NCBI RefSeq assembly: GCF_001194135.2 | Contig: NC_068983.1 | Coordinates: 166,678,292-166,742,291, forward strand | DNA from: Octopus bimaculoides | Taxonomy: Eukaryota | Length of the DNA: 64,000 nucleotides | Direction: 5' to 3' | Part shown: piece by piece, positions 10,851 to 23,443 of the stretch | Layout of the letters: every line of letters starts with the position of its first letter | Position numbering within the stretch: the first letter of the stretch is position 1 | Program-made: the position numbers and the translations under genes | The notes under the pieces: model-generated | What the model was told of the DNA's origin: nothing | The model's input: the letters and a program-made list of their open reading frames with translations, nothing else | The model's database searches: none

Positions 10851-11479
10851 AGTATCTTGAGAGAAAAGCTGAACATTAGAAGCATCAGTTGTTGTGTGCA
10901 AGAGAGACGATTGCGCTGGTATGGACATGTGGTGAGAATGGATGAGGATAGCTGCGTGAAAAAGAGCCACACCCTAACAGTTGAGGGAACCCGTGGAAGA
11001 GGTAGGCCCAGGAAGACCTGGGCTGAGGTGGTGAGGCAAGACCTTCGAACATTGGNNNNNNNNNNNNNNNNNNNNNNNNNNNNNNNNNNNNNNNNNNNNN
11101 NNNNNNNNNNNNNNNNNNNNNNNNNNNNNNNNNNNNNNNNNNNNNNNNNNNNNNNNNNNNNNNNNNNNNNNNNNNNNNNNNNNNNNNNNNNNNNNNNNNN
11201 NNNNNNNNNNNNNNNNNNNNNNNNNNNNNNNNNNNNNNNNNNNNNNNNNNNNNNNNNNNNNNNNNNNNNNNNNNNNNNNNNNNNNNNNNNNNNNNNNNNN
11301 NNNNNNNNNNNNNNNNNNNNNNNNNNNNNNNNNNNNNNNNNNNNNNNNNNNNNNNNNNNNNNNNNNNNNNNNNNNNNNNNNNNNNNNNNNNNNNNNNNNN
11401 NNNNNNNNNNNNNNNNNNNNNNNNNNNNNNNNNNNNNNNNNNNNNNNNNNNNNNNNNNNNNNNGATGATGATGATGATG
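10851..11479 (+). mobile_element. 5'-truncated RTE LINE (ORF C-terminus, N gap, (GAT)n tail)
   Basis: RRLRWYGHVVRMDEDSCVKK...GRGRPRKTWAEVVRQDLRTL is the typical RTE C-terminus; tail emerges after gap 11056-11463 (joining across the gap is inferred). Confidence 0.8.
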
Positions 11480-11484
11480 TATAT

Positions 11485-11732
11485 CATCATCATTGTCGAT
11501 TAACGTCTGCTTTCCATGCTGGCATGGGTTGGACGGTTTGACTGAGGACTGGCGAGTCAAATGGCTGCACCAGGCTCCAATCTGATCAGGCAAAATTTCT
11601 ACAGCTGAATGCCCTTCCTAATGCCAACCACTTTGAGAGTGTAGTGGGTGCTTTTATGTGCCACTGGCATGGGTGCCATTTGTGTGACACCAGTATCTGC
11701 CACGACTGATTTTACTTGGCTTGATGGGTCTT
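11485..11732 (-). mobile_element. RTE 3'-end fragment (R1)
   Basis: (CAT)n tail, R1 body, and ORF-end KTHQAK* at 11710-11732. Confidence 0.8.
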
Positions 11733-11744
11733 GGGTAAAGATCC

Positions 11745-12008
11745 CTTTCGGTCACAAATGAAGTAAACACACCAACACCAGTTGTCATGTAGTGATGGGG
11801 GGGGNNNNNNNNNNNNNNGGGGGGGGGAATAAAGACACACACACACACACACATGGTGGACTTCTTTCAGTTTCTGTCTACCAAATCCACTCACAAGGCT
11901 TTAGTTGACCCAGGGCTATAGAAGACACTTGTCCAAGGTGTCATGCAATGGGACTGAACCCAAAACCATGTGGTTGGGAAGCAAACTTCATACCACACAG
12001 CCATGCCC
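11745..12008 (-). mobile_element. SINE family A
   Basis: CTTCTTTCAGTTTCTGTCTACCAAATCCACTCACAAGGC, GGGACTGAACCC (B-box), ACCACACAGCCA (A-box). Confidence 0.8.
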
Positions 12009-13548
12009 TATATGATGGGTAACGTTGGAAGTAGAGTTTCACCACTCTAAGCAATATCAAGAAATATGGCAGACACACAAGAATTAGAATCTAATTTTTA
12101 TCAAATTTCTTAGTGTTTATACAAAATAATGAAATAGATACTTTCAAAATGAAAAATATTTTTTTACCTTCAAATAAAATTCAATTAAAACAATTTTTCA
12201 TGGGAAGAAGAACTCCCATAACTGTCATTTACTCCCTTTCTTTCTCTGTCTATAATTCTTTCATTTTCACTGTGTTGAGGGGGAGAGGCATTCTTTTACA
12301 CATTACCTACCACTAAACCTACTATGAGCACTTGTACTGCACCACTTATATTAACACTGTGTCCCTTTTTTGACTTTATTCCCTTCTCTTTAAACGATCT
12401 AAGGATTAAATATAGGATTTACGATTCGTGCCACTCTTTTACAATTATCTTCCAACAGCTGTGTTAGTCATGACTTTGTAATATTTTCAGAACATAATTC
12501 TAATTGTTTACTTTTCAAGGACTGAAAAATTTTGATAACATTTGTGAAGCAGATAGCAGGGTGCTGATTACAAAGCTAAACCTTCAAATCAGAATGGTAT
12601 CATGAAGCAAAAGAACCCAATGAGTCAATGTTTGGTTAAGTAGAAAGAGAGGAGGATGAATGAGGCTGAGCAAGACACACATCAGCTGCTGCTCATTTGG
12701 CTGTAAAGGTCAGCAGTTTAAATTCAATTATTAGCCCTGCTCTCTGCCCCTGACAAAAGGTACTGGACACTCAATATGTACCCCAAGCCATCAATGTAAA
12801 CAATAAGATGACTAAGTGAAAAGTGTTACATTAAGTTTTAGAACAGACTCCAAAAGACAACCATATTGTTTCACGGTTACACCCAGTCTTGAAACTTTAT
12901 ATAACAAGATTTGGTAAATACAGGGAAGTTGTGGTAAAGGAAGGGGAAAAAAATAATATGGAAGGATCTCTCATTAACTTTTAAAAGTAATATCTTGTAG
13001 AGCAAGCTTAGTCTCAAATAACATTTGCCATTAACCAAAGTTATGAGTTCAAATTTCAAATCAGCCAAAATAGAAATAAACATTAAAGAAGATTGTAAAA
13101 ACCATTTTTAAGATTGCCAACTTTACAAGTTTCAAAATATCTTTTTATAGAACTTGTATATAATTTAATAAAACATGCAGTAAGTAGAATTTAATAGTGG
13201 TGACGGTGGGGCTATAAGGTACTAAAAACTAATCCCATGAAAAAAAAAAAAAAAAAAAAAAGATTATTTGCTTATAAAATAATAAAAAACAAAACAGTGC
13301 AACACACATGACTTTTGGAAGTATTTCTTCATGGTCAGAATCATCAAAGCATAAAATTAATTACACTCATTAGCTGTCAGGACACCCTTCAAAAATTCTG
13401 TGTTTCTCTTAATTCACCAACACTATTCCTGACATGCCCATCCACCCTTTCCTCCTTGTCGATGCCTTTTTGTGTTTTATTCTGTGTACTGTGTGCATCA
13501 TGTACTTCTATCTTTCATTGCTGTCTGCTTTCTTTACTTGTCTGCTTT

Positions 13549-13552
<4 letters not shown>

Positions 13553-13595
<43 letters not shown>

Positions 13596-13639
13596 AAGAG
13601 AGAGAGAGAGAGAAAGAGAGAGTGTGTGTGTGTGTGTGT
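13553..13639. repeat. (GA)n-(GT)n compound microsatellite
   Basis: Direct. Confidence 0.95.
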
Positions 13640-13850
13640 CTAGACGTCTCATGATGGCTGTAAATGAAGTCTCACCATCATACAAGTGATGATGTTGGTT
13701 TCCAGTCTTTTGTGAAAAACATGTGTGCCATAATGAAATAATAGAAACAGGTGAGTGTTGGCAACAGGAAGGGCATCCACCCACCGAAAATCTGCCTCAA
13801 CAAATTCCATCTAACTCATGCAAGCATGTAAAAGTAGATGTTAAACAACA
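13640..13850 (+). mobile_element. RTE-related 3'-end fragment (R2)
   Basis: GTTGGCAACAGGAAGGGCATCCA...CATGCAAGCATG...GATGTTAAA. Confidence 0.65.
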
Positions 13851-14912
13851 AGGTAGATATTCTTGAAAAGTTGCATGAAGTCAACTGGCAAGATTTGAAA
13901 CATGTCCTTATTCAGTTCCAACCGTTTTTAGTTTACATCATTTATTCTTCAACGGTAATTAGTTGCTTTTAATCAAGATGGAAGGTGAGGCATTTTTCTT
14001 TTGCTTGTTGTCCCAGAATACCACTGGCTATAGTTCTCTCTCCATTAAATGTCTCAAACAAACACACATTGTTATGGAATTTTGTTTAACAATACAATGT
14101 AAATGAAAAGCTACGTGGTAAGTTCTAACAGGGTGGAACACTTTCCTTCCTTCACTAATTGCCATTAGTAATATAAGACAAGACAGAAATTGTTTTATCT
14201 GACTGAATGTGTAAATATAACATTTGTTGCTAGGATACATTTCTATTGACACAGTCAAACAGGTCTTCATGGAGAAGAAAGAAGGGAAATCAATTTACAT
14301 TTGTATCAGTGTGATAGAAGGGGTTTCAAAATGTTGATAAATGTAGCAGAGAAAATCAAGCCTAACCATTCATTTGAAAGGAGACTCGTCTTGAGAAATA
14401 AACTGTCATAGATTTGAATTATTCAAAAATGTCATTAAATGAGTAAATAATCTAATCTGCAGATTATTTTCGGATTTCAGCCTCCAAAAGAGCCAACTTT
14501 TCAATGTATTCCCCTGGTTAAACACACTTGAGAGTTTTACTGTCACCCCCACCACCACCACCTTTGTTTTGTTTTATGAATGACATCGTTAAAACAGGTC
14601 AAATAAGAATAATAATAAAAATGTTTGTACAAATAACTATCAGGATAAAACAAAAGACTAAATAGATTAGCTAAATGGCTTTTCAACTGGATATCTATTG
14701 AGAGAGGGAGGTAAGGGGTGAGGAAAAGGAACAGCAGAGGAAGCAAAGAATTCTAAAGAATGATTGGGAGCAAGTAAAGTATCATTTCTTTTTATTGGTA
14801 TCAGGCAAAGTATTATTTATTTCAGAATCTGTTTGGGTAGTATTTATTGTTGTGATCACATTGGGACAAAATAATACAGTTTCTTTGTAAATATACCAAC
14901 AAGATTAAATCT

Positions 14913-14914
<2 letters not shown>

Positions 14915-14946
<32 letters not shown>

Positions 14947-14949
14947 TAT

Positions 14950-14990
<41 letters not shown>
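14915..14990. repeat. (TG)14-TTTGTATC-(CA)20 self-complementary microsatellite pair
   Basis: Direct. Confidence 0.95.
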
Positions 14991-14992
<2 letters not shown>

Positions 14993-15217
14993 TTATGCAA
15001 TGTTATAAATCTAGTCTCATAATAGCCAATGTCAGTCACATCCAACAATTGTTAATTTACCTTTCCACACTTGGAAGGTTCTTCAGCATGAAACCATTCG
15101 TTTACATGAATTGGCTGCTATGAAACTAAATTTAGAATATTGCATAAATAATACATCTAATGTATTACCTAATATTTGAGTACCTGTGTGACTTATGAAA
15201 ACTTATTGAACAATGAC

Positions 15218-15432
15218 CATCATCCTCATAATTTTAACATCCAAGTTTCCCTGCTTGTATGGGTCAGACAGATGGATTTTTCTAAGTCCTAATGCCCTTT
15301 CTGTCACCAACTCTCACCTATTCCAGGTAAAGTCATTTTTCCTGATAACCAAACATGTTTCTATGGAAGATTGTTAAGGACACTGCTTGCATGCTGGTGA
15401 CACTTGTTCACAACTATCTTGTGAAGTCAAGG
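15218..15432 (-). mobile_element. RTE-related 3'-end fragment (R2)
   Basis: TTTAACATCCAAGTTTCCCTGCTTGTATGGGTCAGAC; homologous to 13.7 and 37.2 kb copies. Confidence 0.6.
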
Positions 15433-15457
15433 AAAGGAGACACTAACACACAAATAA

Positions 15458-15504
<47 letters not shown>

Positions 15505-16274
15505 NNNNNNNNNNNNNNNNNNNNNNNNNNNNNNNNNNNNNNNNNNNNNNNNNNNNNNNNNNNNNNNNNNNNNNNNNNNNNNNNNNNNNNNNNNNNNNNN
15601 NNNNNNNNNNNNNNNNNNNNNNNNNNNNNNNNNNNNNNNNNNNNNNNNNNNNNNNNNNNNNGGGGGGGGGGGGTAAGTAAAGCAACAATATTGAAATGGC
15701 TCCAACATTTTGAAGTGGTGGTCTGGTCTGGACACAATTAGTATCATTTGTTTTCAGTATGAAGATCTCCCATCATATTTCCAATTATTATATCTCTATA
15801 AACAACTGGGTTCATACCAACATCTGTTCCACCCCTATTTACTGTCACTTACCCCTTCCTCTTCCTCCTCTTCAAGTTATTCCTTTCACTTTCTTCCCCA
15901 TCAAACTCATATTTACCATCACCCTCACTTGAACCCTTGTTCATCATAGATGACACTCACCTTTATACCCACTTCTAATCAATTGTCACTCTCCTCACAC
16001 ACTCTAATGGGCTTATCCACCTAAATCCTGATCCTCAAGCCATATTCTTTTCATATTCATCTTCTGACCCTTTGACATCTTCTCACCAACATCTCCTTTC
16101 CAGCTATTCTCCCTCACTCTTACGCAATGCATGGTGGCTATGTATCTCTTTTATAGCTAGACTCCTGTAGCAGCTGTCTCTCTATCATACTTTAGCCTCT
16201 CAACATCTGGCATAAACACCACTTCCCTACTACACCCTCTACGCTACTCAGTCAAAGTATCTTTTTCGGTCTTA

Positions 16275-16465
16275 CAAGCTGCAGTCTGTAAAGTGGTTGA
16301 CATTACAAAGGACATCCAGCCATAGAAACCATGGCAACGATGACACTGAAGCTTGAAGACGTCTTATGGCTCCTCGGATCCTGTCAAGCCACATCCAAGC
16401 CATGCCAGAATGGAAAGCAGATGAAGATGACAATGAAGATGACAATGAAGATGACAATGATGACA
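16275..16465 (+). mobile_element. RTE 3'-end variant with (GATGACAATGAA)n tail
   Basis: GCCATGCCAGAATGGAAAGCAGATG followed by a 12-bp periodic tail. Confidence 0.6.
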
Positions 16466-17304
16466 AAACTAATGATAATGATAGTACTAAGAATAAAATC
16501 CAAAGTGGTAGAAACAAAGAAAATATAGATTTTTTAACTCGACTTGAGATATTTTTTAAAATTATTTTTGAAAAAAATATTGTACAAATTCAGAATCACC
16601 CCCCAGAGCTCAATTCACTCCAGTTTGTCACTACCCCCTGTTGATGAAATCTGTAAAACAGGGTTTAAGTTTCAAAACAGTCATTTGATATAATTACATA
16701 ATCTACAAATATGTAAAATTAAAAATTCGTTACTTTCTTTCGTTAGTGATTGTGCATCTCAACAGCTTCTAAGGGGTTTCTAACTCACCCACCTGCTACA
16801 AAGAAAGGTTTCCCTGCCACTGGCGTAAAGAGTCAATAACTGCTTAGGAAAGAAATTGCTTTGTGTTGTTTGTAACATTTAGTTACCATGGTTACCTGCG
16901 TATTAGTTGGTGTGATCAGCTTTGATGAACATAATGAAGGCAATGCTTTAAATTGGGTGGGGTTGGTGTCTGATGCATTATAGGGTTCTTCCCTGAAACC
17001 TTTTAGATTTGCTTTGGTGCAGATTAATTATATCTGCATAAAGGGAGAGGCCTGATGAGATGGGGTGTCAGGACATACTTCACATACTTTGAGGGTACAC
17101 CTGGCACATCATCTCCTAATCTCTTCTCTCTCTCTATCTCCAGCTGGGGTAGTAATGTATCTCCTCTACAACAGGAAACTTGCTTCTGTCCTTCTCAATA
17201 TCTGACAAAGTCACCTCCCTCAACTCTGCAACCCCACCCTGTAAAAGGGGTCTTGTCTTACAAGCTAATTGATGATCTTGTTAGTGCCAGTGCCATGAAA
17301 ACAA

Positions 17305-17537
17305 TAAAAAAAAGCACCCAGTACATTCTATAGTGGTTGGCATTAGGAAAGGCATCTAGCCATAAAAAAATCAAGACAAATGAAGCATACAACGGTAGCT
17401 CTTAATGCAACCATGCCAAAACTGACACTGGAGCTCAATGCAGTCTTCTGACTCATTGGATCCTGTGGAACCATCCAACTCCTGCCAACATGCATCACAA
17501 GCATTAAATAACAATGATGATGATGATGATGATGATG
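17305..17537 (+). mobile_element. RTE 3'-end variant
   Basis: GTGGTTGGCATTAGGAAAGGCATC...CTGCCAACATG...(GAT)n. Confidence 0.6.
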
Positions 17538-17588
17538 TGTGCTGAGGAACACAAAAAAAGCTGGCATCTTGTGTCTTTATTTTATATA

Positions 17589-17749
17589 ACTATTGACTTA
17601 TGTATAAGGCATACCCCTAATTTAGTAGCTACAAAACCTTTTCCCTTCATAGTTTTAGCTTTGCCCCATGGCTAAATTGTGCCCTAGTTTTTCTATTCAG
17701 TTAAAATTAAGTATAAAAACAGTATGCCTTATATGCAAGTATGTACAGG
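17589..17749. mobile_element. small MITE, possibly Tc1/pogo-like
   Basis: Imperfect TIR ACTTATGTATAAGGCATAC / GTATGCCTTATATGCAAGT; TA at the left flank. Confidence 0.45.
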
Positions 17750-18299
17750 AACTTCATTATTTCATGTGTTTATAGCCTGAAGCCCTTTAAGCTATCGAAA
17801 TGCAAAAAAAAAAAAAAAAAAAGATTAGCCCTTGCCCTTTATTAAGTACTTTTATTAAAAACAGCAGAACCCTAAAAACATTGGCAGAAACAGCCAAAAT
17901 AAGTTCCAACTGGAAAGTGAACTTTAAAAAATTATAATTTACCCTATGATACAACTGGTATCTCAAACAAGGTACTTTAACCATCCAGGGGAATTGCAAT
18001 GCAAACAGTACCACAGGATGTGGTGGCAGAAGGGTACTCAGGAGTCATGACCTGGATATGGCCTCACCCCGCTTAGAGTGTAAGGAGTTAAGGACCAAAA
18101 CATTTGCAGAAGGAGATGGGATTCTTCTCTGAAGACTTCTTTCTCTTCAGCTCTCTCTGCCATTTCTTACTATCTCATTGTTTTCTTCCTAAAAAGCAGA
18201 ATGACATTTTTTGGTATTCAGAGTCGGAAGAAACAAACTGCCAGACTAATCACACTTTCCAATAAATTAGTTCTATGTTTATAATTTAAACCGTTATCG

Positions 18300-18465
18300 T
18301 TATGCGGTTAAGAGGTTTGCTTGCTAACCACATGGTTTCAGGTTTGGTCCCCTCGGATGATGCTTTGGGCAAGGGTCTTCTACTATAACTCCAATCTTAC
18401 CAAAGCCTTGTAAGTGAATCTGGTAAATGAAAACTGAAAGAAGCCCATTGTGTGTGTGTGTGTAG
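18300..18465 (+). mobile_element. SINE family A, 5' half
   Basis: GGTTAAGAGGTTTGCTTGCTAACCACATGG...AAAACTGAAAGAAGCCC then (GT)n. Confidence 0.65.
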
Positions 18466-18627
18466 TCCATTTCCAATCTTCAGTAAAACATGTCTTGGCC
18501 ATGGGGAAATATTACCTAGCTTGGAAACAGTTGAGGACTGGTGACAGGAAGAGCATCCAACTGTAAAATATCTCTCTCAACAAAGACCTGTCTGATTCAG
18601 TGAAAGCATGGAAAAAGGGACATTTAA

Positions 18628-18892
18628 CCCCTCAGCATTCAGATTATTATCCTTTAGCTTTGAGATTTCAGTGATAGTTTATTTTTAGAATGACATTGTA
18701 AGGTTGGAGTGGAGGCGCATGGCTTAGTGGTTAGGTTTTTGCACTCGTGGTTTTAAGATTATGGGTTCAATTCCAGGACCAAGCGACACATTGTGTTCTT
18801 GAACAAAACATTTCATTCCACGTTGCTCCAGTCTACTCAGCTGGCAAAAAAGAGTATTCCTGCAACAGATCGGCATCCTGTCCATGTGGGGA

Positions 18893-18923
<31 letters not shown>

Positions 18924-19083
18924 ACAAAAACTGGGAAGCCGACCCTTATGGGCTTGGCACGGCTCGAGAAGGAAACATTTTATTTATTGTCGGGTGGGTG
19001 TGAGAGGCCAAACTCAATTGGTTCAAACATATAACAGGTGGAATATTTGAGCCGGATATGACTGGTTTAAACCAGCTAAAAGG
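18628..19083. mobile_element. piggyBac-like MITE with nested SINE
   Basis: TTAA TSD at 18624-18627 and 19084-19087; termini CCCCTCAGC / GCTAAAAGG. Confidence 0.7.
18711..18990 (+). mobile_element. tRNA-headed SINE family C
   Basis: GGCGCATGGCTTAGTGGTTAGG (A-box), GGGTTCAATTCC (B-box), TTGCTCCAGTCTACTCAGCTGG core. Confidence 0.8.
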
Positions 19084-19249
19084 TTAAACAATGATTATGA
19101 TGATTACTGGAATAATCATGGAATTTCACAGTTAAAGGGTTAACCAATAGAACCCTAAGAAAGAATCCTCGACACTCACATCCAAGATGTCTCTCTCAAA
19201 CATTCAGTACTCAGAGTGAAACTGGTTTCTCAATGCATTATAATTTGGT

Positions 19250-19375
19250 AAGTAAACTCTGAGTTCAAATCTTATCAAAGCCAACTCTGTTTTTCATCCT
19301 TTCAGGGTCAAAGTACCCAGTCAAATACTGGGGTTAATGGTATCTACTAACCGACTACCCTTGTGCCTAAATAAA
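19250..19375 (+). mobile_element. SINE family B fragment
   Basis: CTGAGTTCAAATC...TTTCATCCTTTCAGGGTC...CTTGTGCC. Confidence 0.55.
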
Positions 19376-20134
19376 CATATGTTGAAGGTCACACTTCAGG
19401 CATAAGTTTACAAAAAGACCAAAACAGCTAAAATAATTTGCAACAATGACTCGGGGGGGGGGGGGTTCCTCATCACCAAATCATAACGAGTTGACTTTTA
19501 AAACTCTTCACATTAAATAGATGTGGACATAACTAGACAGACACCAGTTGGCCAACACTTTCAACAAGAAATTTCAAGACATTATGAACAAATTCTAGAG
19601 CAAAATTGTTTTCAATTTTGTAACTTCACTCAAATAATTTCATTAATACTCAGATATTTAACCAAAAGTTAGAAGTGGATACCAGAGAGTCAAAACACAT
19701 TTAAGAATATGACAAAGACTGACAACATCCTATGCAATGTTGATACATAAGAATTCTACCTAATTCCTGAGTTTAGTTGACAAAGCAAATCTGAAAGGTC
19801 TTTGAACCTAACTTTTCCCTTGACCTCACCTATAGCGAACCCCTTAATACACAGTTAGTCATGCATGACAATTATGTTGAAGAATCCTTTTCAAAGAGAA
19901 CGTAATTTGGAATTGTTAAGTATCACAATTATATTTGTAGCATGAAATTCTAACTAATCCTCGAATGCCTCCATCTCTGCTATACCTATTATGTGCCCTT
20001 GCAAGGAACATGACAGAGTGATAGAATAATAAGACTACAGGCAGAACCATCAAAGCTAAGAGTCATCTCAGAAATGACTAGAAAGGAACAACAGAGAACA
20101 GGATCAAAAGAGTAGAGAAACAAGATGTCAGTTA

Positions 20135-20990
20135 TATTGGGTCTTCAATTGCATGAACTAAAATTCGGAGGAGGATGGGATAAACTACTTGCATCAACTT
20201 ATTCTTAGTGCAAGTTTTGACGAGTGCAGTTATTTTTTCAAAGCTATAATGGAAGTGGCAAAGGAGTATATTCAGCATATTTTGTTTTTTGAGTTCAATA
20301 AAGACAACAACGCAATGGAAAATGCGAGGAATATTAACGCAGTATATGGGGATCGGACAATAAGCGTAAGCTAGTGTCAAGGGTGGTTCCAGAAATTCCA
20401 AGCTGGAAACTGCAGCCTAGAACACAAGTCTTATCCTGGAAGATTTGTAAAGCTCGACAAAGATGTCCTGCAAACTCTGGTGGAACAAAATCCCATCGTA
20501 ACTGTTTAGGAACTAGCAGAGAAGCTTGGATTTGGTCATTCAACCATTCATCAACACCTGCATGCCATTAGAAAATGACCATCTTTGGTTTTAAGATGAA
20601 AGATGTTCTTCCATCAGGATTATGCTCAGCCACATACAGCAAGGATGACATTCCAAAGGCTGGAGCAGTTTGAATGGGAAACGATGCCCCATCCACCATA
20701 TTCACTGGACATTGACCCATCTGATTATCATTTATTCTGCATTTTTCCAAATCATTTAGACGGAAAAAATATGAATTCTGTAGACAAGGTCAGAACAGTA
20801 CTGGAGTATTTTTCGTCACGGACAAGTAAATTTTGGAAGAAGAGCCTTGCAAGTCTACCAGATAGATGGAAGAGCATTGTAGAAAATAAAGGAGAGTATT
20901 ATTTTAGATTAAAAAAGAACTTTGTTTATCTTAATTTTGAGAAATAAAGGAAGTATAAAAAAAATGCATTAACTATGGGATGACCCAATA
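20135..20990 (+). mobile_element. mariner (D,D34D-type) element, internally deleted, transposase pseudogene
   Basis: TATTGGGTC.. / ..GACCCAATA termini, TA at left; N-terminal MEVAKEYIQHILFFEF..ELAEKLGFGHSTIHQHL (with stops); C-terminal HQDYAQPH and YSLDIDPSDY (HDNARPH / YSPDLAPSDY motifs). Confidence 0.9.
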
Positions 20991-21349
20991 CATAACAAGA
21001 AGCCAAAAGTAAGAGGTCTGTATGTGTGATGTGACATGAACATCAGAGATGAAGTGTCCCAAATAACAGAGCAACATACTAAGGAGATTTGAAAGAAGAT
21101 TTGAGAGGAATATATTCAGAATGGAAGTTGTGTGGTTGCCTTCATGGAGACGAAAAAGAAAGAAATCAGGAAATGCTCTGAAAAAAAGGTTGTTGAATGA
21201 GGAGAATGCACGAGACTGAAACAGCCTCAAATAGGTTCAACTGTCAGACAAGTGGACAACAATATAGTACATCATCATCATCATTATCATGGCATAAAGT
21301 GTGACAAAAAACTCAAGGAGGAGGGAGAGCAGCTGGATCATTGGAGACA

Positions 21350-22020
21350 GTTGCTGAGATGCTTAGAATAGCTGACCAAAGCAGGCCAAGTGCCAGCCAA
21401 TTAGAAAGGGGTCATATTTAATGTCTGCTATAGCAGTATGATTGTTAACTGTTACAAGAGCAAAGGTGTTGGTCTTGGAAGCAGTTACAAAACCAAATTA
21501 CTGAACCAGCTTAATGAAAATTACAGAAAATATTATAGAACTAATTAAGAAGAGAATTAACATTGGTGAAATGTATCTCAGGTTTGTGCTAGAAAGAGTT
21601 ATTCCTCTTCCTGGTGAGGCACCCACAGAAGGGCTGAGAAGTAAACCATCCTTCCTAGCAATCATTGGGTTGGAAGAAAGCTCTTACCAAGTTCCATGTT
21701 ATCATTGGGTGGCCATTGAAGTAAACCAAATGGATTGTGAGGGCCATGGAATTCATGCAACAAGTTTAGCAAGGAATTTAGCAAGCAGTAAGGGGTCTGC
21801 TAGGGCTCAGTTATCAGTCCCCTATGCCAAAACAGAGAAATTCATAACTGACTGTTCATGGGGTCTTTTGTATGCTGATGACCAAATTCCTTTCTGGTGG
21901 AATCTTTTCTAGATCTTATCTGGCAAAATCAGAGAAATTCAAAACAAGGAAGTAAATTTGTTAACAAAATTTTAGTCAGAAGGGATGAAGACAGGACCCT
22001 TCAGCCAGCGAGTACCATGT
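21350..22020 (+). pseudogene. RTE-clade reverse transcriptase remnant
   Basis: VNCYKSKG, MKITENIIELIKKRINIGEM, IIGLEESSYQVP, CSWGLLYADD (YADD catalytic motif); stops and deletions. Confidence 0.75.
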
Positions 22021-23196
22021 CTTGTTTCCTATTTACTAAAATTAAGGAACATCAAAGTAATGCTTAATATTGAGAAAAGGAGCAGATTGTAATTCCATAC
22101 AAGTGTAAAGAATGGATATAGTAGAGGTGAAGTGGCATCAAACAGTGTGACAGAGGAGGGGGAGCTGTGTGTGTGAGGTTGCACTTGAGGGCGACTGGTA
22201 ACATGTAACCTAGTACAACCTGTTTCATGGTCAGGTCAGCAATGACCAAACTGACAGCACCACCAAGCCTGCTTGGTTTATGGGTGGTTTTTGGACACCC
22301 TGCAGGATGAAAAACAAGCCCTGTCAAAGGATGGATGGACTCAGGAGAATCAATACAACAGAGAGTGAGGGACCCCTAACTGTAGTCACAGCAAGCTTCT
22401 TGGAGAAGGACCTTGATGTAAAGCCTGCACTTTCATGGTTACTGGTTATTTTGCTTTGGTATGTCATCAGCTCTAATCACACAATCTTAAAGAATGGTAT
22501 TCTTATTGTACAAGTGTTTATCACTAGATTCCAATAACAGACGTCTCTTTATGGTGACCTTATTTTGCCATTCCCATCCACTGAAAGTTCTTTGGCAAAG
22601 AAAGAATAGCAGCTGGAAGTGCACAGTTATGGAGATCTGCAGTGAGACTGAATAGTCATGTGAGAGGTCATGGACAGAAAGGTAGCAATGTCAATGAGGA
22701 AGCAAAAAGACAGGGCAATCACCACACATACATACAGGTAGCCTACAGATTCAGTCTTAGAATGAATCCGACTCCATAACACTGGTTGCCAAGGGAATGC
22801 ATTATGACAGACCTTGTCGAACATGGTTGTTGGTGGTGGGAATTAAAAACGATTTTTGCTTTCTTTTTTTAGTACTGCTCTGAAGAGCTGATTAAAGAGC
22901 AGATAATTCTTAAAAGTTACTTGATTGAATATATTGATTGATCAGATATATTAATTGCTGACAGTGAAAGACAAATGGGAAATCAATGTTCACTTAGCTG
23001 CTACAAAAGAGACATGGTGCACTGATGCACTCCTTTGCCAGGTAATAGTATGGTGTCAGCCTCATTCTTGAGACGGAGTATACAGATGTCCCCACTCCCA
23101 TACTTAAACCTCCCACTCTGGATACGAGACATTTTAGCTGTTTTGGTACCACCAATCTGGCATCTCTGGACATCAGACATTTTAAGGTTTCTCTCA

Positions 23197-23197
23197 T

Positions 23198-23241
<44 letters not shown>

Positions 23242-23290
23242 AAGAGAAAGAGAGAGACAGAGACAGAGAGAGACAAAGAGAGAGAGAGAG
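23197..23290. repeat. (GA)n microsatellite
   Basis: Direct. Confidence 0.95.
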
Positions 23291-23443
23291 GATATTTCTC
23301 TTTATGCTTTTGAGAAGAGTGGAAAGTGTTTATGTCAAGTGTGTCCAATTAATAAATTGTAATGTCCCCACCTAATCTCTCTCTCTCTGTTCAGGTGCAT
23401 AACAACATTTCTCTTTATGTATATAATGAGAGAGGAAAGTAAA

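Larger units (their letters stand above)
18470..19105 (+). mobile_element. RTE-related 3' end (R2) interrupted at its TTAA by a MITE
   Basis: GCATGGAAAAAGGGACATTTAA [insert] TTAAACAATGATTATGATGAT. Confidence 0.6.

Noticed and set aside
15760-16260. CT-rich tract possibly an old LINE remnant (similar GA-rich tract at 39.3-39.65 kb)
   Set aside because: No diagnostic protein motif could be recovered.
16366-16644. Acidic ORF with DEDDNEDDNEDD
   Set aside because: The acidic stretch is the 12-bp periodic tail of an RTE 3'-end fragment.
22804-22828. ATGACA-GAC ctt GTC-GAAC hammerhead-like relic
   Set aside because: Both core strands have lost bases and there is no stem I; cannot be distinguished from chance.
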